A stretch of DNA of 63,437 nt, the filler included, from Reclinomonas americana ATCC 50394 (taxonomy: Eukaryota): the NCBI GenBank assembly GCA_048213135.1. It is 16 parts of 16 records of this genome, joined end to end, with 100 filler letters (N's around TTAATTAATTAA, not from the genome) between each part and the next. Parts side by side here need not be neighbours in the genome. Positions count along the whole stretch, not along the records: positions 36,096 to 41,085 come from AFZH01018463.1; positions 41,186 to 44,878 come from AFZH01018464.1; positions 44,979 to 46,171 come from AFZH01018466.1; positions 46,272 to 47,854 come from AFZH01018467.1; positions 47,955 to 49,342 come from AFZH01018468.1; positions 49,443 to 50,779 come from AFZH01018469.1; 10 more parts are not named here. The stretch is one strand, 5' to 3'. Positions 37,607 to 49,528 of this stretch are shown in pieces (position 1 is the stretch's first letter; each line of letters starts with the position of its first letter). The notes under the pieces are model-generated. The model saw nothing but the letters and a program-made list of their open reading frames with translations, was not told the DNA's origin and made no database searches. The position numbers and the translations under genes are program-made.

Positions 37607-39212
37607 TTAGTGGGAGCCACTGGAGGCCACCACCTGCTGGCATCCGTACAGGCCAGTGGCCGCGTCGGCAACGCACAGCTGTTGCGGTCCGCACTCGTCG
37701 TGCGTCGTCCACTGCAACACGTGGTCCGCGTCGTCAACGTCGGCACCACTCGCCGTGCGCACCCCCGTGCCGTGCAGGCCGCCAAAGCGGCACGACTGGA
37801 AGCGTCGTTGGTCGCTCGAACACCGCACCGCACCGTGCTCGGAGCAGGGAGCTGGGCAAGCAGTGATGGTTGAGAAGGAGAAGGAGGAAGAGGAGGACGA
37901 AGAAGAGTTGATGGTGGGCTCACCAAGCACTTCAAATGGCTGGCGCTGGTCGGCCTCGTGGGGGCGCACAATGAGGTGCACGAGACGCTCGTCGTCGGTC
38001 GCCGGGCTGCCGACGTACACGTGCACGTCAAAGGCCGCGTCTTGCATGTTGGCGTGGCGGAAGCAAATGGCCGAGTCGCCGCGGGCGGATTGGCAGACTT
38101 CGAAGGCGGGGGCATCTACGTTGGGGAGAGGAGGGTATAAGTGACAAGAGGCAGGGGAGTAAGGGGCAAAGACGGGGGAAGCGAGGAGAAAGAGAGAGAG
38201 TACTGTGATTGTTGATGTGAGAGAGAGAGAGGGCTGCAACGCGAGCCAGCAACACAGTTGCAAATGCGGTAAAAGAGGAGGTTGGCAGAGACGGAGAGGG
38301 AGAGAGCAGATAGATTTCCGTTCTTATGAGACGAAGGATGACTGCGATGTACAGAGGGGAGAAAGAAAGTGCTCTTGGCAAGGGCGGAGGTGGGTGGAAA
38401 GTGAGTGAGGTGAGCGGAGGGAGAGGGCGAGAGAGGTAAAGAGAGACAGACGAGAAACCGAGAAGGACGGAGGAAGCAGGAGTTCGGCGGGAAAATGTCA
38501 GGAAAAGATAACAGGAGCCAGGAGAAGAGGTTTGCTGCCTAACACAAGCAACAGCAGGCGATATCCAATTATACAGCAAGTATTGACCGAGTAAGTTGGT
38601 TATGTAGGCAGGAAGGTCTACGGTACACCGAACGGCATCAATATGGAAAAAAGTGTGGCACAAACACATCTCAAACGGAGTGTGCGTGTGTGTGGAAGAG
38701 AGACAAACACACAGAAAGAGAGCGTGCAGTAAATGAGGGAGAGAGTGAAATTTCAGGTGTCATCAATAAAAGAGGGGTCAATAAATGCAACGGATGCACC
38801 CGACTCTCACACAGGCACACAGAGTGAATGTTTGCGAGTGTGTGTGTGTGTGAATGAGTGTGAATGAAGAGAGAGAGAGAGACAAGAGAGTGCGTGCATG
38901 CGTGTGCGCGAGACACACAACAGAAAATGTGTCTTGTGTGCGTCTCTCTCCCTTTCCCTCTCCCTCTCTCTCTCTCCCTCCCTCTCACACGCAACTATCA
39001 CCGCCGGCGATTCTCAATGACGTGGCACCGGGCCACACGGCCGCCGCCGTCGCCACAAAGTGATGCGCCACACGCGTCGGTGACTCATACGTCAGTTCCA
39101 CCACACCATGCACCGCTGCTGCTGTTGATGGTGATGGCGATGCTCTTGCAGTGCACGCAATGAGCGCGGCGACGACAACGACGAGGAAGAAAAGCAGGTG
39201 TGCTTGGCGCAT
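37607..39212 (-). CDS. Hypothetical secreted protein with Cys-rich C-terminus
   Basis: Signal peptide MRQAHLLFFLVVVVAALIACTARA. Last exon ~38116-37607 has a Ser-rich linker followed by a Cys-rich module. Confidence 0.6.
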
Positions 39213-39426
39213 TCGTGAAAGGAAATAAAAGAAGTAGGCGATTGCCAAATCCAGAGTCGGTTGCGCAATGCAATACGTTGCGAAAACGGACACACGTGAC
39301 GATATACACACTCGCAGCACAGAGACAGCAGCAGCAGCAGCAGCATCATACATTAATGTGTTGATCAATGGTGTTTTATGAGATCGGAGTTTGCAATTGA
39401 GAAGTTATCGATGATGAAACACAAAA

Positions 39427-39850
39427 CACTTCATGATCATTCACCACGTGCAAGATTGCGACGATGACCTTGGCACGCCAACAATATACAAACACATAAT
39501 TACTTCACCAACAGTCATCTTCCCTTTCAGGAGATCTAGCTATAGACAAAGCCAATCAAACGCAAACAATATTCCGCGCGCGCGAGTCCATGCGTAAAGT
39601 CTCTCACAGAGACCAGAGGAACATGCAGTGAAGCATTCACAAGAGATTCTTCTGGGAGCGACCGCTTGCGAACGAGATCGGAGTTTTGGAATTTTATAAA
39701 TTTTTGATTGCAATTGGCTTTGCCTCCCGAAAGGGAAGATGACTGTTGGAGAAGTAATTATGTGTTTGTATATTGTTGGTGTGCCAAGGCCATTGTCGGC
39801 AAGGGATTTGTGGGCGTTTATCGCATTATTGGAATGTGGTGAATGAAGTG
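39427..39850. mobile_element. Inverted pair of the dispersed element (copies B and C), MITE-like
   Basis: 39427-39533 is the reverse complement of 39724-39850 (for example ccaacaatatacaaacacataattactt versus aagtaattatgtgtttgtatattgttgg). Spacer is ~190 bp; no clear target-site duplication. Confidence 0.55.
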
Positions 39851-40135
39851 TGTTTTTTTTTGTGGTGAATGAAGTGTTTTGCAATTTGTTTTGCAATTGA
39901 TGATATTCGAATTCGCGCGTGAGCTCGAGTGAGAGCGTGTGTCGGACAGAGACAATAGCAACAATACGCGGGCATTCGCACCTGGTTTTGTTATCTAGGA
40001 AAGTCTGCCGTGCTGCGTATACCTCGAGGACGTAGCCGTCGATGCTTGTCCCGCGCTTTGCAAACACACACACACACACCGCGAGTTGATTGTTGCCTCT
40101 CTCTCTCCCTGCTCTCCTATCTCTCTCCCTTCCTC

Positions 40136-42028
40136 ATGTCTCTCTCTCCCTCTCCCCTCATTCTCCTCCCCTCCAAGTGCATCACTGGTCACACGGGCCC
40201 TGTGACATGCGTCGCCATCACTCCCGATGGTCAACACATCATCTCTGGGAGTGCAGACAAGACAGTGCGCGTGTGGTCACTTGAGAGTGGAGAGGAGATG
40301 CGACGACTGGAGGGACACACTAAAGGAGTGAACGCAGTCGCTGTCACTCCCAATGGTCAGCACATCGTGAGTGGCAGCTTCGACCGGACGCTGCGTGTGT
40401 GGTCGCTGGTGAGTGGAGAGGAAGTGAGACGGTTGGAGGGGCATACCGAGGAAGTGGATTGTGTGGCGATCACTCCCGACGGGGTCCACATTATCAGCGG
40501 GAGCAGGGAAACACGAGAGCGTAGGTCGCCTCTCTTTTCCCCTTTCCGTCCCTTCTTCTTCTCTCCCTTCTCCTCCTTTCCCTCCTCCTCCTTTCCCTTC
40601 TCCTCCTTTCCTTTCCCTTCTCCTTTCCCTTCTCCTCCTTTCCTTTCCCTTCTCCTCTTTGCCCTCTTCCTCACGCCGGCGAATCGATGCGCGCAGGACA
40701 TCGAACAAGTACTGCCCGGTGCTGGACGAGCACTTGAGAGTGCTGGCGGCCCGGCATCTGGAGACGCGCTTCATTCGCTTGGATGCGGAGAAGAGCCCGT
40801 TCTTGGTGGAGCGGTTGAAGGTGGGCGACAAAAGCCAGTCGAGCATTTTTCTTCGACCACGCAAAAAGCAATGCGTCTTGTCGCTGATCTCCCCTCTCGT
40901 CGCTGCAGATCTGGATGGTGCCGACCATGGCGGTGTGCAAGAAGGGCAAGGTGGAGGAGTACATTGTGGGCCTGGACGACATGGGTGGTGCCGACTTTGA
41001 GACCAGTGTGCTGGAGATGCGCCTGGCCGCCTCTGGCATCATCGATTATGATGATGGTTTGTGGGTGGGGCGTGCAGAGAGAGGGNNNNNNNNNNNNNNN
41101 NNNNNNNNNNNNNNNNNNNNNNNNNNNNNTTAATTAATTAANNNNNNNNNNNNNNNNNNNNNNNNNNNNNNNNNNNNNNNNNNNNTTCTCCCAATTCCTT
41201 CCCCCTTTCCTTCTCCTCTTATTCCCCCTTTTCCTACCCCCTTCCCCTTCCCCCCTCTCCTTCCCCATTTCCTTCCCCCTGTTCAGGGATGACACTGTAC
41301 GTGTGTGGTCGCTGTCGAGTGAAGAGGAGGTGAGGCGATTCGAGGGGCACACTGGATGGGTGAACTCTGTCGCCGTCACGCCGGATGGTCTCTACGTCGT
41401 CAGCGGAAACCATGACAAGACAGTGCGAGTGTGGTCACTAGAGAATGGCGCTCAAGTGCGACGGCTGAAGGGACACAAAGGTGGGGTGCATTCTGCTGCT
41501 GTTACACCCGATGGTCAGCACGTTGTGAGTTGCAGTCACGACGGGACTGTGAGAGTGTGGTCAACGGCGACAGGAGAAGAAGTGCGTCGGTTTGAAGGAC
41601 ACACTTACACTATGATTCACGTCTCCGTCACCCCCGGCGGTGAGCACGTCGTAAGTGGAGGCAACTTTGCTGACCCGATTGTGCGAGTGTGGTCACTGGC
41701 AAGCGGAAGAGAGGTGCGACAGCTGGAGGGGCACACTGGAGGTGTGCGCTCTGTTGCCGTTACTCCCGATGGTCAACATGTCGTTAGTGGTAGCTATGAC
41801 ACGACTTTGCGAGTGTGGTCCACTCCCTGCGGCCTCGCTGCGTGTGAGCACTACACAGCGCAGGCGGCGATGCTGGTTGTGAAGGAGATGCAGCGGGAAG
41901 CTGTGGCTGACGAAGATGAAGCACCAGATTCACGTTGTCTGCCAGAGATGGTGCTGCGGTGCTTCCTTGTGGAGGAGGCGGCGGTGGTGCTGCATCGGCG
42001 CAGCGTGGATCCGGAGTCGCACTTGTGA
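40136..42028 (+). pseudogene. WD40 array copy 1, interrupted in repeat 3 by an insertion
   Basis: WD40 sequence stops at ...SGSR (40509) and resumes as DDTVRVW at 41290, across a linker. Confidence 0.75.
40697..41056 (+). pseudogene. TXNDC9: TXNDC9/phosducin-like gene fragment (two exons plus intron) inside WD40 copy 1
   Basis: CPVLDEHLRVLAARHLETRFIRLDAEKSPFLVERLK joined to IWMVPTMAVCKKGKVEEYIVGLDDMGGADFETSVLEMRLAASGII. Confidence 0.8.
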
Positions 42029-42349
42029 GAGGAATGAGAGAAGGGATGAGAGAAGGGAGAAAGAGTTGCTTTTTCCGCTTTCGTTTTGTGCTGTCATCGA
42101 TCAAATGAACGTTTTGTGTGCCTTGTTGATGATCCATGGCCAGAGTGAACCTGCATTCGATAAGCTGCTCGTTGCGGTGCTGCAGCAGCGTGGAAGAACG
42201 TGGATTGTCCTGGTCCCGTCCAAACACACACGGTTGGCGACAGTCGAGTTAATTGCTCCCTCCTCTCTCTCTCTCTCTGCTCTGCTCTGCTCTGCTCTGC
42301 TCTCTCTGTTTCTTCTCTCTCTCCCTGCTCTCCTATCTCTCCGTTATTC

Positions 42350-43456
42350 ATGTCCCTGGCTCCCTCTCCACTCACTCTCCTCCCCTCCAAGTGTATCACT
42401 GATCACACGGGCGCTGTGATGTGTGTCGCTGTCACTCCCGATGGCGCGCACATTATCTCTGGGAGTGCAGACAAGACAGTGCGCGTGTGGTCACTTGAGA
42501 GTGGAGCTGAGGTGCGACGACTGGAGGGACACACTCATTATGTGAACGCAGTCGCTGTCAGTCCCAATGGCCAGCACATCGTGAGTGGCAGTGCTGACCG
42601 TACGGTGCGAATGTGGTCGCTGGAGAGTGGAGAAGAAGTGCGTCTGTTGAAGGGACACACTGGAGAAGTGGTATCTGTGGCCATCACTCCCGACGGGGAG
42701 CTCGTTGTGAGTGGCAGCGTCGACGACACCGTGCGTGTGTGGTCGCTGGCGAATGGTGAGGAGATGCAACGGTTTGAGGGGCACACTGGGGGAGTGGAAT
42801 CTGTGGCCGTCACGCCGGATGGTCTCTACGTCGTCAGCGGAAGCCATGACAAGACAGTGCGGGTGTGGTCACTGGAGAATGGCGCAGAAGTGCGCCGGTT
42901 TGAAGGACACAATAATTGGGTGCTGTCGGTTGCCATTACACCCGATGGTCAGCACATTGTGAGTTGCAGTCCCGCCGAGACTATGAGAGTGTGGTCGATG
43001 GCGACTGGGAAGGAAGTGCGACGGTTTGAGGGACACACTAGTAACAAGTTGCACGTCTCCGTCACCCCCGACGGTGAGCACGTCGTGGGTGGAGGCAACG
43101 GGTTTGACCCGATTGTGCGAGTGTGGTCACTGGCAAGTGGAAGAGAGGTGCGACAGCTGGAGGGACACAATGGAGGTGTGCGCTCTGTTGCCATCTCACC
43201 TGATGGTCAACATGTCGTGAGTGGTAGTTATGACAATACTTTGCGAGTGTGGTCCACTCCGTGTGGCCTCGCTGCGTTTGAGAGCTACACAGCACGGGCG
43301 ACGATGCGAGCTGTGCAGGAGATGCAGCGAGGAGCTGTCGTGGATGAAGAGCCGGATTCGCGGTGCCTGCCAGAGACTGTGCTGCGATGCTTCATCGCGG
43401 AGGAGGCGGCGGTGGTACTGCATCGGCGCAGCATTGATCCCGAGTCGCACTTGTGA
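42350..43456 (+). CDS. WD40 array copy 2: intact, intronless, 7 repeats plus conserved tail
   Basis: Conserved start MSLAPSPLTLLPSK, seven GH...TPDG...VRVW repeats, and a tail ending DPESHL*. Confidence 0.92.
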   Translation: MSLAPSPLTLLPSKCITDHTGAVMCVAVTPDGAHIISGSADKTVRVWSLESGAEVRRLEGHTHYVNAVAVSPNGQHIVSGSADRTVRMWSLESGEEVRLLKGHTGEVVSVAITPDGELVVSGSVDDTVRVWSLANGEEMQRFEGHTGGVESVAVTPDGLYVVSGSHDKTVRVWSLENGAEVRRFEGHNNWVLSVAITPDGQHIVSCSPAETMRVWSMATGKEVRRFEGHTSNKLHVSVTPDGEHVVGGGNGFDPIVRVWSLASGREVRQLEGHNGGVRSVAISPDGQHVVSGSYDNTLRVWSTPCGLAAFESYTARATMRAVQEMQRGAVVDEEPDSRCLPETVLRCFIAEEAAVVLHRRSIDPESHL

Positions 43457-43730
43457 AAATGGGAGGGACGAGAGAGTGAGAAAGAGTTTCGTTGTATTTT
43501 GTTGTTTCGGGTTTTTTTGTGATGACCCAAAGTGAACGAGTTGTGCCTGCTTGTTGATCCAGAGTGCACCCGCATTCGATGCAAGCAGTGTCAGGACTGC
43601 TGATGCGATACAGGTGTGATGCGCAAGGAACAAGTCCACCATCGTCCTGGTCCCACGCGCGCACACACGCACACACACGAACCCCAGAGTTTGATTGTTG
43701 CTTCTCCCTGTTCTCCTCTCTCCCTTCCTC

Positions 43731-44717
43731 ATGTCCTCCGCTCCCTCTCCACTCATCCTCCTCCCCTCCAAGCGCACCACCGGTCACACGGGCGCTGTGA
43801 TGTGCGTCGCCATCACTCCCGATGGTCAGCACGTCGTCAGTGGGGGTTCTGATCATTCAGTGCGTGTGTGCTCTTTGGCAACTGGAGCTGATGTGCGACG
43901 ACTGGAGGGACACACTGATTCGGTGCTGTGTGTTGCCGTGACTCCTGATGGCGAGCACATCGTGAGTGGCAGCTACGACCGGACGCTGCGAGTGTGGTCA
44001 CTGGAGAGTGGAGAGGAGGTGCGACGGTTGGAGAGACACACTTGGTGGGTGAACTCTGTCGCCATCACGTCGGATGGGCAGCACGTTGTCAGCGGAAGCA
44101 ATGACAAGACTGTGCGGGTGTGGTCACTGGAGAATGGCGCGGAAGTGCGACGACTGGAGGGTCACAAAGGTGGGGTGTGGTCGGTTGCCGTTACACCCGA
44201 TGGTCAGCACATTGTGAGTTGCAGTCCCGCCGATACTGTGCGAGTGTGGTCAATGGCGACAGGAGAAGAAGTGCATCGGTTTCAAGGACGCACTTACAGT
44301 ATGATTCACGTCTCCGTCACCCCCGACGGTAAGCACGTTGTAAGTGGAAGCAGCGCTGCTGACCCGATTGTGCGAGTGTGGTCACTGGCAAGTGGAAGAG
44401 AGGTGCGGCAGCTGGAGGGACACACTGGAAGTGTGCGCTCCGTTGCCGTTACTCCCGATGGTCGGCATGTTGTGAGTGGTAGTTATGACAGGACTGTACG
44501 AGTGTGGTCCACTCCCTGCGGCCTCGCTGCGCTTGAGCTCTGCACAGCGCGGGCGGCGATGCGGGCTGTGCAGGAGATGCAACGAGAAGCAATTGTTGAC
44601 GAAGATGAAGAACCAGGTTCGCGGTGTTTGCCAGAGATGGTGCTGCGGTGCTTCATCGCGGAGGAGGCGGCGGCGGTGCTGCATCGGCGCAGCATGGACC
44701 CGGAGTCGCACTTGTGA
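43731..44717 (+). CDS. WD40 array copy 3: open frame, 6 repeats
   Basis: Same start and tail as copy 2, with one whole 42-aa repeat missing. Confidence 0.9.
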   Translation: MSSAPSPLILLPSKRTTGHTGAVMCVAITPDGQHVVSGGSDHSVRVCSLATGADVRRLEGHTDSVLCVAVTPDGEHIVSGSYDRTLRVWSLESGEEVRRLERHTWWVNSVAITSDGQHVVSGSNDKTVRVWSLENGAEVRRLEGHKGGVWSVAVTPDGQHIVSCSPADTVRVWSMATGEEVHRFQGRTYSMIHVSVTPDGKHVVSGSSAADPIVRVWSLASGREVRQLEGHTGSVRSVAVTPDGRHVVSGSYDRTVRVWSTPCGLAALELCTARAAMRAVQEMQREAIVDEDEEPGSRCLPEMVLRCFIAEEAAAVLHRRSMDPESHL

Positions 44718-44978
44718 AAATGGGAGGGGCGAGAGAGAAAGGGATGAGAGAAGGGAGAAAGAGTTGCCTTTTTCCGCTTTCGTTTGTACTATGATCGATC
44801 CAAATGAACGTGTTGTGCCTAGTTGATAATCCATGGCCAGAGTGAACGTACATTCGATTAGCCGCTGCTCGTTGCGTTNNNNNNNNNNNNNNNNNNNNNN
44901 NNNNNNNNNNNNNNNNNNNNNNTTAATTAATTAANNNNNNNNNNNNNNNNNNNNNNNNNNNNNNNNNNNNNNNNNNNN

Positions 44979-45871
44979 CAGTCGCCGTCACTCCTGATGG
45001 GCAGCACATCGTGAGTGGGAGTTCTGACTTCACAGTGCGAGTGTGGTCACTGGAGAGTGGAGCAGAAGTGCGTCTGTTGAAGGGGCACACTGGTGAAGTG
45101 GAATCTGTTGCCATCACTCCCGACGGTCAGCTCGTTGTGAGTGGCAGCAGAGACGACACCGTGCGTGTGTGGTCACTGGCGAGTGGAGAGGAGGTGCAAC
45201 GGTTTGAGGGCCACACCAGGGAAGTGAACTGTGTCGCCGTCACGCCGGATGGTCTCTGCGTTGTCAGCGGAAGCCGTGACAACACAGTGCGAGTGTGGTC
45301 ACTGGAGAATGGCGCTCAAGTGCGACGGCTGAAGGGACACAGACATTGGGTGTGCTCGGTTGCCATTACACCCGATGGTCAGCACATTGTGAGTAGCAGT
45401 GGAGACGAGACTGTTGTGTGGTCAATGACGACTGGCAAGGAAGTGCGACGATTTGAGGAACACTCTCATGCTATAATGCAGGTCTCCGTCACCCCCGACA
45501 GTGAGCACGTTATGAGTGGAGGCAATGGACTTGATCCGATTGTGCGAGTGTGGTCACTGGCCAGTGGAAGAGAGCTGCAACAGTTGAAGGGATTCGGTAC
45601 CGGTGCATATGTGGGCGCTGTTGCCGTGACTCCCGATGGACGGCATGTTGTGAGTGGTGATGACGACACTTTGCAAGTGTGGTCCACTCCGTGCGGCCTC
45701 GCTGCGTTTGAGCTTGATGCAGCGCGGGCGGCGATGCGAGTTGTGCAGGCGATGCAAAGTGAAGTAGCAGATTCGCGGTGCCTGCCAGAGCTGGTGCTGC
45801 GGTGCTTCACTGTGGAGGAGGCGGCGGTGGTGCTGTACCGACGCAGCGTGGACCCCGAGTCGCACGTGTGA
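44979..45871 (+). CDS. WD40 array copy 4, 5' end in gap
   Basis: Open frame from the linker to DPESHV*. Confidence 0.88.
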
Positions 45872-46066
45872 GAGGAAGGGAGTGAGAAAGTGATGAGAGA
45901 AGGGAGAGAGAGTTGCCTTTTTTGTTTAGTGCTGAGCAGATCAAATGAACCAGTTGTGCCTGGTTGTTGATCCACAGTGCACCTGCATTCGATGCGAGCA
46001 GTGTCAAGGCTGCTGATGCGATGTGCCAAAGTTCGTCCTGGTCCCACAAACACTCACAAGCAAACA

Positions 46067-46171
<105 letters not shown>

Positions 46172-46279
46172 NNNNNNNNNNNNNNNNNNNNNNNNNNNNN
46201 NNNNNNNNNNNNNNNTTAATTAATTAANNNNNNNNNNNNNNNNNNNNNNNNNNNNNNNNNNNNNNNNNNNNACGACAAC

Positions 46280-46388
<109 letters not shown>

Positions 46389-46457
46389 CACACACACGAG
46401 CTCGCACCGCAGATTTGATTGTTGCTTCTCTCTGTTCTCCTATCTCCTCTCCCCATC

Positions 46458-47546
46458 ATGTCCCTCTCTCCCTCTCCCCTCCTCCTTCCCTCCTACTGCC
46501 TCACCGGGCACACTCTCTCAGTGACTTGTGTCGCCATCACTCCCGATGGTGAGCGCATCATCTCTGGGAGTGAAGACTGCACTGTGCGAGTGTGGTCTTT
46601 GGCGACTGGAGCTGAGGAGCGACGACTGGAGAGACACACTGATTCGGTGTTGTCTGTTGCCATGACTCCCGGTGGCCAGCACATAGTGAGTGGCAGTGCT
46701 GACTGTTCAGTGCGAGTGTGGTCACTTGAGAGTGGAGAAGAAGTGAGACGGTTAGAGGGACACACTAAGGAAGTGGTTTCTGTTGCCATCACTCCCGATG
46801 GGGAGCACGTTGTCAGCGGGAGCAGGGACCACACCGTGCGTGTGTGGTCGTTGTCGAGCGGAGAGGAGGTGAGGCGATTCGAGGGGCACACTGGATGGGT
46901 GACGTCTGTCGCCGTCACGCCGAATGGTCTCTACGTTGTCAGCGGGAGTGGCAATGGGGCAGTGCGAGTGTGGTCGCTTGCAACAGGAGCAGAAGTGCGA
47001 CGGCTGAAAGGACACGGACTTTGGGTGTGGTCGGTTGCCGTTACACCCGATGGGCAGCACATTGTGAGTTGCAGTTCCGACAGGTCCATGAGAGTGTGGT
47101 CAATGGCGACTGGCAAGGAAGTGCAACGGTTTGAAGGACACACTCGTAACAAGATGCACGTCTCCGTCACCCCCGACGGTGAGCACGTTATGAGTGGAGG
47201 CACCGCCGCTGACCCGATTGTGCGAGTGTGGTCACTGGCCAGTGGAAGAGAGGTGCGGCAGCTGGAGGGACACACTGGAGATGTGCGTTCTGTTGCCGTG
47301 TCTCCAGATGGTCGGCATGTCGTGAGTGGCGGTCATGACAGGACTGTACGAGTGTGGTCCACTCCCTGCGGCCTTGCTGCGCTTGAGGTTGATACAGCAC
47401 GCAAGACAATGCGAGCCGTGCAGGAGATGCTGCGAGAAGAAGCAGATTCACGGTGCCTGCCAGAGATGGTGCTGCGGTGCTTCATTGTGGAGGAAGCGAC
47501 GGCTGTGCTGTACCGGCGCAGCGTGGATCCGGAGTCGCACTTGTGA
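46458..47546 (+). CDS. WD40 array copy 5: intact, 7 repeats
   Basis: MSLSPSPLLLPSYCLTGHT...DPESHL*. Confidence 0.92.
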   Translation: MSLSPSPLLLPSYCLTGHTLSVTCVAITPDGERIISGSEDCTVRVWSLATGAEERRLERHTDSVLSVAMTPGGQHIVSGSADCSVRVWSLESGEEVRRLEGHTKEVVSVAITPDGEHVVSGSRDHTVRVWSLSSGEEVRRFEGHTGWVTSVAVTPNGLYVVSGSGNGAVRVWSLATGAEVRRLKGHGLWVWSVAVTPDGQHIVSCSSDRSMRVWSMATGKEVQRFEGHTRNKMHVSVTPDGEHVMSGGTAADPIVRVWSLASGREVRQLEGHTGDVRSVAVSPDGRHVVSGGHDRTVRVWSTPCGLAALEVDTARKTMRAVQEMLREEADSRCLPEMVLRCFIVEEATAVLYRRSVDPESHL

Positions 47547-47771
47547 GAGGAAGGGAGAGAGAAAGTGATGAGAGAAGGAGAATTCTAGAAAGAGTTGTTT
47601 TTTTGTATTTTGTCCATTCTTTTCGCGATAGCTCAATGCAGTGAACGTGTTGTGCCTGGTTGTTGATCCAGAGTGCACCTGCATTCGATGCGAGCAGTCA
47701 AGGCTGCTGATGCGATACAGGGCACAACGAAGTGCCCAAGTTCGTCCTGGTCCCACGCACGCACTCAAACA

Positions 47772-47821
<50 letters not shown>

Positions 47822-47960
47822 ACACACACGAGTCCCGCCACCGACAAGTAATTGNNNNNNNNNNNNNNNNNNNNNNNNNNNNNNNNNNNNNNNNNNNNTT
47901 AATTAATTAANNNNNNNNNNNNNNNNNNNNNNNNNNNNNNNNNNNNNNNNNNNNCAACAA

Positions 47961-48009
<49 letters not shown>

Positions 48010-48075
48010 CACACACACGAGCTCGCACCGCAGAATTGATTGCACCCCCTCCTCTCTCTCTCCCCTCCCTTCTCC

Positions 48076-49187
48076 ATGTCCCTCACTCCCTCTCCACTCA
48101 CGCTCCTGCTCTCTAAGCGCATCACTGGTCACACTAGCCCCGTGCCTTGCGTCGCCATCACTCCCAATGGTGAGCACATTGTATCTGGGAGTACGGACTC
48201 CACAGTGCGAGTGTGGTCTCTGGCGACTGGAGCTGAGGTACGACGACTGAAGGGACATGAGGGTTTTGTGATCTCTGTTGCCGTCACTCCCAATGGCCAG
48301 CACATCGTGAGTGGCAGTTCTGACCGTTCAGTGCGAGTGTGGTCACTTGAGAGTGGAGAAGAAGTGCGACGGTTGCACGGGCATACTGGATGGGTGATTG
48401 CTGTTGCCGTCACTCCCGACGCGGTTCACATTGTAAGCGGGAGCGGGACTGCACTGTGCGTGTGTGGTCGATGGCGAGTGGGGAGGAGGTGAGGCGGTTT
48501 GAGGGGCACACTGGGGGAGTGAACTCTGTCGCCATCACGCCGGATTGTCTCCACGTTGTCAGCGGGAGTGGCAATGGGGCAGTGCGAGTGTGGTCGCTTG
48601 CAACAGGAGCAGAAGTGCGACGGCTGAAAGGACACAAAGGTTGGGTGGTCTCTGTTGCCATTACACCCGATTGTCAGCACATTGTGAGTTGCAGTCACGA
48701 CAAGACTATGAGAGTGTGGTCGATGACGACTGGCAAGGAAGTGCAACGGTTTGAAGGACACACTCGTAACAAGATGCACGTCTCCGTCACCCCCGACGGT
48801 GAGCACGTTATGAGTGGAGGCAACGGATGTGACCCGATTGTGCGAGTGTGGTCACTGGCAAGTGGAAGAGAGGTGCGACAGTTGAAGGGACACAATGGAT
48901 ATGTGCGTTCTGTTGCCGTGTCTCTCGATGGTCGGCATGTTGTGAGTGGTAGTTATGACAGGATCTTGCGAGTGTGGTCCACTCCTTGTGGCCTCGCTGC
49001 GCTTGAGGTTGATACAGCACGCAAGACAATGCGAGCCGTGCAGGAGATGCTGCGAGAAGCTGTCGCTGACGAAGATGAAGAAGCAGATTCGCGGTGCCTG
49101 CCAGAAATGGTGCTGCGGTGCTTCATTGTGGAGGAGGCGGCGGTGGTGCTGCGCGTACGCAGCATGGACCCGGAGTCGCACTTGTGA
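48076..49187 (+). pseudogene. WD40 array copy 6, frameshift near 48445
   Basis: agcgggagcgggactgc is one base shorter than agcgggagcagggac in copy 5, so the product is split over two ORFs. A sequencing error cannot be excluded. Confidence 0.75.
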
Positions 49188-49465
49188 GAGGAAAGGAGAG
49201 AGAAAGGGATGAGAGAAGAGAGAAAGAGTTGCCTTTTTCCGCTGTCATCGATCAAATGAACGCTGCGTGTTGTGTTATGTGCCTTGTTGATGATCCATGG
49301 CCAAAGTGAACGTACATTCGATTAGCTGCTGCTCGTTGCGGTNNNNNNNNNNNNNNNNNNNNNNNNNNNNNNNNNNNNNNNNNNNNTTAATTAATTAANN
49401 NNNNNNNNNNNNNNNNNNNNNNNNNNNNNNNNNNNNNNNNNNCGACAGTCGAGTTGTATTGTCTC

Positions 49466-49496
<31 letters not shown>

Positions 49497-49528
49497 TCTC
49501 TCTGCTCTCCTCTCTCTCCCCCATCATC

